Source of the DNA: a virus
Length of the DNA: 64,000 nucleotides
Reading direction: 5' to 3' (one strand)
Virus record (IMG/VR): IMGVR_UViG_3300022689_000116
Coordinates: 16,710-80,709 of that record
Shown: one piece after another, positions 12,001 through 18,442 of the stretch
Layout of the letters: each line of letters begins with the position of its first letter
Position numbering within the stretch: the stretch's first letter is position 1
The notes under the pieces: model-generated
Told to the model about the DNA's origin: nothing
Database searches by the model: none
What the model saw: the letters and a program-made list of their open reading frames with translations, nothing else
Translations under genes and position numbers: made by a program

Positions 12001-13214
12001 ATGAATTAAAAGAGTTCTTCCATGTTCAACATCCTGATACTAATAAAGTTTATCTATTTAGACTTATTAATAAAAAGGATGGTACTTATGCTAAAATTCC
12101 AACTTTAGGTCAGCAAGGTATTTCTGAATATAATTATGATTCTATAAATGACAACAATTATCAGAATAGTGTACTTAACAATAATAATGATAAACTTATT
12201 ACATTCCGTGATCCTACATTACATGATAAGAAAGCTAGTTATTTAAGTCAATCTGATCTTACCGATAACCGTTCCTTAATAGACAATTATAACATAAATA
12301 GTTTAAATGCTAAAACAATATTAAGAAATATCATTAAGCACAAACAAGATAGAATTAATAGGAATAAGCTTCAAACTAATGATATGAATAATCAATTAGT
12401 ATTTAATTCTTTCATAGCTGAAAAGATATTAGATCGTATTGATAACTTCGATATTAAAATTGTTATAGATAATACAATTAAAGCTTCAGGACAAATTACA
12501 AGTACTGATAATTATGCTAATAATATAACTATTAAATTAAACTTACAAGATATAAATTCTTATAAGAATAATCAAGTTGTTGATACTGTTAGTATTGAAG
12601 ATGCTAGTATTAATCCTGAACTTTATACTTTTGAACGTGTTTTCTTACATGAAGGACTTCATGCTATTACGCTTAATTATCTAAAGACAACTGAGGAGAG
12701 CAATCTTTCTATTCTACAGGGAAATTGGGCAAAGGCTAGAACTTATGCTCAAAACAATGGTGTCAATATTAAAGAACTTGATAGACTTGTTAATACACCC
12801 GGAGCTTCTCTTCCCGCTGATATGTATAAATATTATGGACTTGCTCAAACTAAGGATGGTAAGCCTAGACTAGATGAGTTTATAACAGGTGTATTTACTG
12901 ATGCTGAATTTAGGAATTTTTTAAGTGGTATTGATAGTGATACTAAATCAGTATTAGATAAGATACTTGAGTTTATTGTTAATGCTCTAAACGAGATAGG
13001 TTTTAATATTAAAGAAAATACTTTAGCTGAAAGTTCATTGCTTGAAATTATTAATGTTATTGAGGAGTCAGATTTCCCGGTAAAGAAGAAAAATGTGAAT
13101 GTCGAGAATGATAGTATTAATAGTGTTCTTAAAGCATTTGGTGAAGAAAATTTAGATAATATTATAAATGATCTTATTAAAAATAATCAAGTTAGTATTG
13201 CTTGTAAACTTTAA
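1..13214 (+). CDS. Giant virion RNA polymerase polyprotein (crAss-like), 5'-truncated
   Basis: The frame is open from position 3 (WFNGVVKF...), so the true start is upstream of the window. It carries double-psi RNAP motifs RIPTQG (~9648) and GSDFDVDK (DFDVD at 9765-9779), plus QPVKP, IKSS, SAVKVG and VDNAK. The N-terminus has Gly/Ala-rich hydrophobic helices and the C-terminus has a zincin motif HEGLH (12648-12662)...DEF. Confidence 0.93.
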   Translation, partial: WFNGVVKFTGRVGTSFLEPFVDIGYGIPSIMATGKFSALYDNDITQAFDEFNNHLQKQFPNFYTHAETDSKALSLKNLTSANFWADKVLGGAAFTVGTLLNAYATAGIGTALRGGAALKAFRAGFKEMSLAAETENALKAISSKAARVRTGDAIQNLATTILSVAGESGVEARDLGNTLKAQMADYVKQGLISQEEASRQIENAMNLAFAANVAIVGTSQFIQFGKLYSRGFKSDKLNIFKLVKEGGTFKPTLPETGFGKFVAKSAGGRAILKDILTESKEEGLQYLTQKTLEYKYGAEVSKDMTESISHGFKELFGTKEGIENMLIGAILGGGSHLGKAVTGNAENPYTAKVNKSNVVADLANRYFSDDNNKLRDLVSNVGVYTAANERKEYYLSKDDIFNYKNEESQEFASMVKSFADLGAMDVLYEQVDEITSMNDEEYNKMFGQAEDVKVTKSREELSREIKEKAEALDRINTNINTAFNNHIPAYKNNLFYVSAMIDDGRRREAILKNELSEVTGIQYEDFAKLRTQNYKDRELAKIEKSNKTPEEKQKAIDELESLNKETLDDAYSKAINNWITDNNPDLTDTEIKTLTTKLDDLTRLHDRRQNFIDTYNYMVSEKGMENTTFEGLSKSADKDAQESIKELQALQEKFQKDINEGKLNKKEIDKAIIDAEALYKLNGRESFNKLKKNLTKLRDNYYNKKGSDNSSNPTGKSNNTKNTKVEDTSDINETNDDTSVAEPTQEEVDLEQVMADTELEDINDEVIEEGDVKNVSELRNSNLSQDQEGLILDALDEANKLEDTEGVDEVIKSPKKVSGDQAKKAFIQLFDRLSPNSIFSWNLSNNMLYDFGAIMEKINDVAVKNGKELSPQAFQVLQGFYFAYVYSTAKDQAKYKNPMSYKYADLESAEIAHQNRVAVTVHDVNKKYTKDVAKEDLADMETRRVGRVTENAHRTVSAFNRAYEKVKGENKFRDLNNTIVNLAALDFNKVNVGSTITLRIPKKVEHTVDGIPKGKAEILQRALNKENLTKDELRQLTIEMVDEDGNTIGYLHTEEWVDNKFKMIKENHPDHYSDEKLQEEMDNLLSIRASVYLNGSVKTTVTGRSNGILLNWKSDNTDAVTISAKTAFQDDNLKFGIGDSGRVEIGNNRSSNDIGEELTNPDKVVDGITYAVLPVNKNTTTNQVKYISVPLQSIKIGNLTDEQKQAKIKSSIVNAIRIYITNANPDVKVKLSVEDQNVVKDLKKAGYDITTSTGLNNYLQNFIYTFKTVGFNSEDKAGELLRTFLKSKSTTDVAIKAGTKYIEFGSGDANGAGENYVAKITKKGVEYYIGGERVNLSKQDSIDEETFFKALGGITNKAYIASDSKLINKKGKFNLNYIVDGKVETKEYKQYNDYLKENFLTDIYGHTTKEGKTYYSIHPIIEFDDSFIKGKQNTKQVADTISETEGKAEKEVRAKAMIERAITEVMSTGDIMVGEETYTLEEILPIGKQSTEGVTTIYKDSKGKKVKVTVPITDIVDQKYSNNDIADLIYARVRTESSPVEKEITKETPSEQTGGKFSTDELDDIASQFGETNNTNDEVINAPMRVVDDEIFNLEVDLGIRHNPNDTKPVYKRWLQRQYKAVLKKAIELNSKLKDTSYKVKIIKIEGEVGDNRVYFALKAVRRVDEQVINSLIKEKDLSTNTLRQNIDGTLYIADLNLALQNSTIGDLKTAIIRRLKEVRGNRSLEKQVLETSLNDALQGYIDLRNQFISAKNQSTDKNRIAQYDKTITGLTDIINNFDTLAKFAINELASINLLSVSTKIKLEGGKIKTQEVEKTIDNNILNENDEDDPDTGVEDMDSNGEDTAHFETEHSIKIDHKKTISKELKLFLSDITNDKIGRTIFGKALPMRFDTVYNDVLNALSNKLFTGYKTSFEGMLSELEKASEQKPYLMQVVEKLKEEAKDDKSKIPAQFERLVFKHKSEMFYIGYSYRKDNSSNNNKKYKDNKKYYYIVPARTNNLYNERVLVDSWISNFRMGQYTTVDDNYADSILSAEKFGKLKKDYYKIADVIDTQNTLYKNAVENDQFEKAESHMLKLKQAIKDAFGVTGIMLSNETVDIIANNKFKIGNNTVTVANMFKVGNKNVAQAGGRFTRFVKNLKFDKPLSTFNIFSSSFVESIAALESNYNNVDFSSNYLDQEGKSISSNSNYKFLVERVITLLDNPVVDNNTKETIWEKLDNIPFIRNSRWFNDLKEGKLNRDNFHVTYSDAIVPFNKSDKAVKIKNAPEADIENYKLGHFFNMRSEPEQELVRFIYPTLSDGGTVMEVTAMAQDFELDDNNQVSQNTISSIVDQIVMPEVDRIKDVKDKTIDIEGYNEGSKLFLFFPELNKKSNGLFDNDGNLKLDVKGELPLESVKTIRKVVKKYINNLVDNKINEWIDFGILRESPKGIRSEILNYDKDNLITETQLENVKRWNTTNGLYVDSEQVKYKDSTGKEVEIRPEDVIFVYDTDASGSLRNITSAVAKKRYGAKDGYVNRVVGNSFGIVTLADENADIKDMYLSRNEVREAFQKVVDAANKNPDKYFVLPTFRNSFKQFGYNTFEYAQILSTLALPENIVINEKFAKTISKARTSLLETTPEELESRKEKSKAYIYKDHILHFVDKNYSDRMEIMLEGTNKNRIKQMALDYVLNYMVANTNIHQLIIGDPALYFKKANENLYSPENAIATFDNVIKRLAADRAPGEHMANSFAVDEVYKQVFVLDRKKKLASLANTYLKSLGFDYSEINGTDAQEMTTFKEDMYVKYRNGIISKALYNRLFNKNGIVTKELNRKDSNGKPNPNHYYMGAIYGTLSKEDSDLYKEFKENVNQPVKPVYVNNLAQTIDGHNVDRRMYIKSSSFALTPSLTMNRELDKVRIYMESNGIDRLAFGSAVKVGNFATNPRIFNNDGTITIPDDFDDYTMELPRSGFRIQQDNPFDVNKNKVKFGVQESALLFNNLLHIDKFKDLSTRFNDTYSKLYQLELGKLYTQLGILEEGQKLSDLNETILDTTFINDKINLEKLSALVKEEASARGYSRNDIVGLGLKDGEFFIRLGFHTRAINLESLFNSIINNRVISHKITGKSFILGTEEGFKHLEDKKLRDNIVYTSDIVDDLKPMGFTDKDGNYIDIKDVDKDSKFQPAQIFIPSILRDNNGKKINLFEKDIETKSYKYLMIVKRNGQNKLVLRKNMVDSDLFKAFGFRIPTQGHNSMTSIEIAGFLPEDAGDLIIAPRDFVKQMGSDFDVDKLYSYMYNMEVNEDGKIKKVKSGNDSKKALQNQLLDIHFGVLNDPNVDVQKQIFEPLEFGILKMEQGEFISSDKDVEKAVNNMYNGKLADYIDDLNSTRDKMFTGIDDMFQRQSFLEGRDGGVGIGKFSLDSTFNALLQQTKVEIGKETVKGFKPDSVTLGNKVSNHIYDAKSNKIGDKEFNKSQVISWYQSASVDNAKEKLLYKLNINDVTYGAITYLNQLGFNEEIIWLINQPIIRDYVRELQIVNSSINSVDDYINRATLKVYEKYNRDRVFSKEDGTDKLTKTYNNPGRYGIGELHKLLKQNKEGIKDNTADEFNRSQLGIFKIFKDFSKKGDAIADLQSVLNSNSKGMGKDVATAYIKTKAILEIDDNVSFYNPSQLIGTKINEIKYRKLEPEQQNQYFKIEDNVYIKPTTIAGMASIFGTIAGTKLWSSIFPYNSPIIGREIDKIHEISNFRSKHISTEAKDIKHLWTELKKFINSKTISNISTESPNEIRNRLMLDRFDGDNNHTHYSLASIIKAGKENGTLTSNDLVNTLILEPKKNRNSFALVKYNTNGKNIDESNLINGFMQLIHTNKKIGDFNGVEYTTRNLAADLLLYSLTAGGVQQFGRFAKYVPMEYLDKVGYTEAINSLDFTNPYIAGYTEMNEDHNNISEFVTQYFQHFPTKTQKVNLSNSFMFYDNSLDLDDLKQIQLDKLNIEDSVLVEGVPVSKEMEQAENRRLAFIRRIYRTYDENDDSNNELKEFFHVQHPDTNKVYLFRLINKKDGTYAKIPTLGQQGISEYNYDSINDNNYQNSVLNNNNDKLITFRDPTLHDKKASYLSQSDLTDNRSLIDNYNINSLNAKTILRNIIKHKQDRINRNKLQTNDMNNQLVFNSFIAEKILDRIDNFDIKIVIDNTIKASGQITSTDNYANNITIKLNLQDINSYKNNQVVDTVSIEDASINPELYTFERVFLHEGLHAITLNYLKTTEESNLSILQGNWAKARTYAQNNGVNIKELDRLVNTPGASLPADMYKYYGLAQTKDGKPRLDEFITGVFTDAEFRNFLSGIDSDTKSVLDKILEFIVNALNEIGFNIKENTLAESSLLEIINVIEESDFPVKKKNVNVENDSINSVLKAFGEENLDNIINDLIKNNQVSIACKL

Positions 13215-13226
13215 ATAATTAAAGAT

Positions 13227-16200
13227 ATGTCAATTTGTACAAACGGTATAAGCCGTATTCGAGTAAAAGCCGCAAATGGTAAAGATAGTATATTATTCAA
13301 AAATATATTAGATCATTATGAAGGCAATAGAGATGATGCTATAAGACTTTATGCTTATGCTAATTCTCAAGAGTTTTTTGATAACTATGGTAATTATAAA
13401 TCTAATCCTGAATCATTCAGTAATTTAGATATTAATTCTGAACCTAAAATAACAGATGTTTTAAATACTGTTTCTGAAACTGATTATAGACTTGCTCCTA
13501 AAATTGGTAAAGATTTTTCTTTTGCTTTTGATAAAGATAAGTTTACACAGAATACAGAACTTGATGATGAAACTATCAAGAATAATAGAAAACGATCTAG
13601 ACGTATTATTGTTAAAAAGAGAGCCATTTTAGATGATTTATATAAACATTTAACCCCTCTTAAATTTGTTGATAGTAACGATGCAAGACGTGAAGAATAT
13701 AAAATTAATATGCGTATTAGTGCATTAAATGGTGAGATTAATCGTATTGAAGAAGAAATGGATGCTGATGCTCTGGTTAAAATGGCTAATGCTGACCTTA
13801 AACGTGTAAGCTATATTCTTAGTAATAGAAATATTAACATGAGTGATTTCTTTTATGCAAAAAATACACTTAATGTTTGGTATGATGTTATTAATACTTT
13901 CTTTCAAGAATCTAAGACTAGCGATAATACTTTTTATGGTGAAGCAAAAGATGATAGTCTTAGGTTTAAATCACTTAGTGATGTTGAGGCAGAAGCTAAA
14001 CGTTTAATCAATGCTGCAAATGCTAAAGAAGTATTTCTTATTAATCAATATTTGAAATCTGAAACAGGTAGAGATGTTGATATTAAGAAAGTATTTAGAG
14101 AACAACAAGATTATAGTGCTGTTCATGCTAGTACCATGAGTATTGATAGAACTGATAATATATTATTTCAACAAGTTGCTAATACTAATTATAAAATAAT
14201 TGGTAGAGTTAAAGAACAATACCAAACTTTTGAAAAAGAAATTGATGTTCTTATTGATAAGGCTGAAAGAGAATTAAAAAACATTGCTACTTCAAGTGAT
14301 AAATATGATATATTTAGAGAGAAATATAAAGATGGTAGTGCAACTGGCAATATGATTAGACAATTTAATCCTGAATATGATGATGAAAATGCTATCCAAT
14401 TTAGTAAAGCGATTGAGTCTAATAGTGAAACTTCTTTTGCTACTTACTATAAATGGTTTAACGATAACAACTACATACTTGATTTTCGTATTTTATTTCA
14501 AGGTGAGAGAGATAATGATGGACTTCTATTTTGGAATGAAACACAACATACTAAAGCTGAAAAAGATAAACTTATTAATGATCTTAAAGAATTAGTTGGA
14601 GAAAAAGAAACTCAAAGACTATTGGAATTAAGTGAGAAATATCTTGATGATTATGCTTCTGCTAGAGAGGTTGCTATTGAAGAAATAAATTCTAGAGCAG
14701 ATCGTACTACTGATCAAAAAGATGAAGATTTTCGTAGATGGGAAGTAACGTATTCTCCATTCTATTATTCTAATGCAATAGTTAATCAAAAAATATATAC
14801 TATTGGTAATAGTATTGCAAATCATAAAGGTCGTCATTCAGTAATGGCTGTTCCTCGTAAAACCAATCGTGAAACTGGACAAGATACAGGATGGTTTAAT
14901 GAAGATTTTGCTAAGATTAAAAATAGTCCTGCCGTATATGAGTTTTATTTAAAGTTTATTAAGACTAATCATATGCTTAATAATTTATTACCTTATACAG
15001 TATCTAATCACCTTAGAGATAATACTATTCCAACTCTTAGAAAGACTATGTATGATCATATGACAGAAGATGGTATGAAAGGTGTTATGAAAGATGTGTA
15101 TCAAGGAGTTATTAATAGTCTTACTACAAATGATAGTAACGAACTTGTTTATGCTGATATTGACCCTTATACTGGTGAGATTGAAAAAAATCTTACTATT
15201 TCTTTTGTTAAACAAAATCTTAAAGAAATTAATAAAAGATATACTACAAGACTTATACAGTTTGAATCTACAAATAATGCTAAAGCAAGTATTGAAGATA
15301 AACGTAAGATTAAGAAAGAAGTAATGGATTCTATGGCTAAAGAAAAGTCTTTTGATTTAGGTAAAATTCTTAAAGCTTATTACATGAGTGTAATGTTTTA
15401 TACAGCTAAGGCTAGAATAGAAGATTTAGTTCGTGTTAGTGATAGTGTTTTCCAAAGAGAAGCAGAAGTTCTAAGAACAGCTTCTGGAAAGAATAAACGT
15501 CAAGGTAGAATTGGAGAACTTTTAAGAAAGTCCCCTGATCGTAGTTTTAAGAATATTAAAGATCAATGGGATTATTGGGTTGAATACTTCTATGGACATC
15601 GTAGTGATGATGAACATGTATTTGCTACTAAAGTTCTTACCAAAGAAGAGAAAGAAGAAAAGACTAAGATACTTGAACTTATGGCTACAATTAAAAAAGA
15701 TTTTGAGAATGGAGATATTGAAGCTGAGGAATATAATTTAAAACTTACTAAATTAGAAACTATTCTTGAAGAACTTGGTCGTAATTATTCTAGTGCTAAA
15801 ATAGGTAGGACAATACTTAAATATAATCAGCTTAAATCTATGGGTTGGAATGCTTTTAGTGGTGTTACCAACATGACTCAAGGTTATATTAATAACTTCA
15901 TGGAAGCTAATGATGGTAGATTATTTACTAAAAAGAATTTAGGTGTAGCTTATAAAAAGGTTTTCAATTCAGTGCTTAAAAACTATTCTTTTAATACTAT
16001 TGAAAGTAATGAAGCTAAGAAGATTAGATCACTTATGGATAGGATGGATGCTATGAGTGAAACTTCTAATGAACTTTATCAACGTAGTTTTAAGAATAGA
16101 AAGACTGGTGGAATTAATTGGATGAATCCTTATAATATACAGAACAGAAGTGAATATTTTAATCAAGCTCCTTTGCTTGTTGCAACTATGTTAAGTAAAA

Positions 16201-17153
16201 ATAATATGGTTAAAGATTTAAAAGGTAATGATGTTCCTATTTATGAAGCTTTTGATGAAGAAGGTAAATGGAAGACTGATATATTTGGTGCTGAAGATCC
16301 TAATCTAATTGATAATTTAAAACTTAAAATAGCTGCTACAATATCTAAAGTTCATGGTAACTATAATAGTGAAATGCCAATTAGAGCAAACAAAAAAGTT
16401 ATTACTTCTGCTATGAAACAATTTAGAACTTGGATGTTTGAAGGTGTTGCTGATAGATTTCAACGTGAACAATTTAGTGATGCTTTAAAGATTCAATTAA
16501 AAGGTCGTTATCGTAGTGGTGTTATGGGTTTTGTACGGGCAAGTGCTAAGAGTAAGACTAATGAACAAGGAGAACGTATTGATGAAAAAGGTAACATTAT
16601 AAAAGATTATGAAAGAGGTATTGATCTGAAAGAAATTTTAGATAATCAAGTATTTAGTATAAAACAACTTTTGAGAAAGTTAGTATTTATGGATACACAG
16701 TATGATGAAAGATTTAGTGAAGTTGATGCTGCAAATCTTCGTAAAAATCTTAGTGAATTAGTTATACTTGGACAAGTTTCAGGTCTTATACTTTTACTTA
16801 GTATGTTAGGTGGAGATGATGATGATGATAAACTTAAATTTTATGTTAAGAATTATACTTTAAATGCTTTGTTTAGAGGTCAAGCTGATATTACCTTATA
16901 TCTTAGTCCCGATTCTTTAGAACAAGTTTCTCAAAGACCTATTCCTGTTATGAGCCTTATTACTGATATGCACAAACTTATTAATGCAAGTATTTCTTTA
17001 GCTCTGGGTAATGATGAAATAACTAGAGGTATTTATACAGGAGAAAGTAAGTTTAAAAGAGCATTATTTAGAAATCTTCCATTAGTTAGTAAGGTTCAAA
17101 GTAATAAAAGTGCTGCTATACAAGTTTATAACAATATTCAAGGAGCTAAATAA
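13227..17153 (+). CDS. Large virion cargo/ejection protein
   Basis: 1308 aa helical protein directly after the RNAP gene, as in crAss-like phages. It has HGNY...QFRTW and KGRYRS motifs and a hydrophobic segment followed by GGDDDDD near the C-terminus. Confidence 0.75.
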   Translation: MSICTNGISRIRVKAANGKDSILFKNILDHYEGNRDDAIRLYAYANSQEFFDNYGNYKSNPESFSNLDINSEPKITDVLNTVSETDYRLAPKIGKDFSFAFDKDKFTQNTELDDETIKNNRKRSRRIIVKKRAILDDLYKHLTPLKFVDSNDARREEYKINMRISALNGEINRIEEEMDADALVKMANADLKRVSYILSNRNINMSDFFYAKNTLNVWYDVINTFFQESKTSDNTFYGEAKDDSLRFKSLSDVEAEAKRLINAANAKEVFLINQYLKSETGRDVDIKKVFREQQDYSAVHASTMSIDRTDNILFQQVANTNYKIIGRVKEQYQTFEKEIDVLIDKAERELKNIATSSDKYDIFREKYKDGSATGNMIRQFNPEYDDENAIQFSKAIESNSETSFATYYKWFNDNNYILDFRILFQGERDNDGLLFWNETQHTKAEKDKLINDLKELVGEKETQRLLELSEKYLDDYASAREVAIEEINSRADRTTDQKDEDFRRWEVTYSPFYYSNAIVNQKIYTIGNSIANHKGRHSVMAVPRKTNRETGQDTGWFNEDFAKIKNSPAVYEFYLKFIKTNHMLNNLLPYTVSNHLRDNTIPTLRKTMYDHMTEDGMKGVMKDVYQGVINSLTTNDSNELVYADIDPYTGEIEKNLTISFVKQNLKEINKRYTTRLIQFESTNNAKASIEDKRKIKKEVMDSMAKEKSFDLGKILKAYYMSVMFYTAKARIEDLVRVSDSVFQREAEVLRTASGKNKRQGRIGELLRKSPDRSFKNIKDQWDYWVEYFYGHRSDDEHVFATKVLTKEEKEEKTKILELMATIKKDFENGDIEAEEYNLKLTKLETILEELGRNYSSAKIGRTILKYNQLKSMGWNAFSGVTNMTQGYINNFMEANDGRLFTKKNLGVAYKKVFNSVLKNYSFNTIESNEAKKIRSLMDRMDAMSETSNELYQRSFKNRKTGGINWMNPYNIQNRSEYFNQAPLLVATMLSKNNMVKDLKGNDVPIYEAFDEEGKWKTDIFGAEDPNLIDNLKLKIAATISKVHGNYNSEMPIRANKKVITSAMKQFRTWMFEGVADRFQREQFSDALKIQLKGRYRSGVMGFVRASAKSKTNEQGERIDEKGNIIKDYERGIDLKEILDNQVFSIKQLLRKLVFMDTQYDERFSEVDAANLRKNLSELVILGQVSGLILLLSMLGGDDDDDKLKFYVKNYTLNALFRGQADITLYLSPDSLEQVSQRPIPVMSLITDMHKLINASISLALGNDEITRGIYTGESKFKRALFRNLPLVSKVQSNKSAAIQVYNNIQGAK

Positions 17154-17394
17154 ACTATTCATAGTAAAGATAGTGGTAATGATAGTCATACAACATATGA
17201 GGTCGATTTTAGGCGTTCTGACTAACTATCTTGTTTCATTGGTATTACGTGTTCACTTTATAATTTGGATTGAAATTTGCCTATTCTCTGTCAACCTGGA
17301 GGCAAATTTTAATTCATTCTGAAATACACAAATAGGGGTAAATTATTAATATCTTTATCATTAACTTTACTTCTAACTTTATTTGTAAATGCAC

Positions 17395-17424
17395 AAAAAA
17401 AAGGGGTTAAACACCCCTCTTTTT
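17395..17424. terminator. Bidirectional intrinsic terminator between convergent gene blocks
   Basis: A8-GGGG-ttaaaca-CCCC-tcttttt, located at the +/- strand junction. Confidence 0.75.
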
Positions 17425-17427
17425 ATA

Positions 17428-17709
17428 TCAAAGATTTTCATCAATTAGAATATCTCCTACTTTATCCATAGCTTCCAAGAAAGCATTATAGCTTTCTTTT
17501 TTCTTAAATATTAAATTTATAACTGGTTTTTTGTTATGAACATCTTTAAGTTTAAGTTTCGTACCTACTTCTCGTTTATCAACAGCATATAATCTAATAG
17601 CAGGATACTTATTTCCTTTATTATCAACTAAAACTTGTGTTACAATTCCAACATCACCATCTCCAAATTCAATATCTTTTACATTCTCAATAAGATCAAT
17701 ACCAAACAT
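17428..17709 (-). CDS. Hypothetical protein
   Basis: 93 aa ORF in an operon with dUTPase. Confidence 0.7.
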   Translation of the reverse strand: MFGIDLIENVKDIEFGDGDVGIVTQVLVDNKGNKYPAIRLYAVDKREVGTKLKLKDVHNKKPVINLIFKKKESYNAFLEAMDKVGDILIDENL

Positions 17710-17714
17710 AACTA

Positions 17715-18257
17715 TTACTTGTTACCTGTATGACCAAATCCACCTTCACCTCTATCTGTAGAAGTTAAATGATCAAGAGAACTAACTTCTTCAAACTCAA
17801 AAGGAATAACCTTTTCAATTTCTAATTGAGCAATTCTGTCATTATCTCTAATTAAATATTCTTTACTAGAAGTATTAATTAATATAACACCTACATCTCC
17901 ACGATAATCTTCATCAATTAGACCTGGAGTATTAAGTACTGTAATACCATGTTTCAAAGCAAGTCCAGAACGAGGTCTTACATTTGCTTTATAACCTTTA
18001 GGTATTTGCATATGTAAACCTGTAGGAATTAAAACTCTACCACGAGGTTCTATAGAAAGAATTAATTCATCAGTTTCTTCATCAACATGCAATGCAGCAC
18101 CACACATGAATTTATTTTCACATAAATTCAAATTAGCATTGAGATCAACAGCAGCCGCTCCATCACTTCCTTTTACAGGAATTATAGCAAATTCATTACT
18201 TTTATAAACAAGAACTTTAAGTTCAGATTTATTAGTTAACATATCATTTTCATTCAT
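17715..18257 (-). CDS. dut: Trimeric dUTPase
   Basis: Motifs AAAVDL, RPRSGLA, PGLIDEDYRG, RIAQL and RGEGGFGHTG. Confidence 0.97.
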   Translation of the reverse strand: MNENDMLTNKSELKVLVYKSNEFAIIPVKGSDGAAAVDLNANLNLCENKFMCGAALHVDEETDELILSIEPRGRVLIPTGLHMQIPKGYKANVRPRSGLALKHGITVLNTPGLIDEDYRGDVGVILINTSSKEYLIRDNDRIAQLEIEKVIPFEFEEVSSLDHLTSTDRGEGGFGHTGNK

Positions 18258-18268
18258 ATTATTAAGAT

Positions 18269-18442
18269 TTAAAATTTATTATCAAAACTACCACGATTAT
18301 AAGCATCAATAACCCCTGCCATTATAGCAAGGGTTCTGATTTCTTTTTGAGAAGTATGAGTATAAGCTAATTCCATCTTATCAGAAAGTTCTATAACTTT
18401 AGTAGCTATTTCACGAGCTTCTTCTAATTTCATAGCACTCAT
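18269..18442 (-). CDS. Small hypothetical protein (57 aa, not in ORF track)
   Basis: MSAMKLEEAREIATKVIELSDKM...DNKF. Its ATG overlaps the upstream TGA and it fills the gap exactly. Confidence 0.65.
   Translation of the reverse strand: MSAMKLEEAREIATKVIELSDKMELAYTHTSQKEIRTLAIMAGVIDAYNRGSFDNKF

Noticed and set aside
1798-15324. Short overlapping ORFs within the two giant genes, and similar shadow ORFs elsewhere in the track
   Set aside because: They have the Ile/Leu/Lys/Phe-biased composition expected from alternative frames of AT-rich coding DNA, and no motifs.
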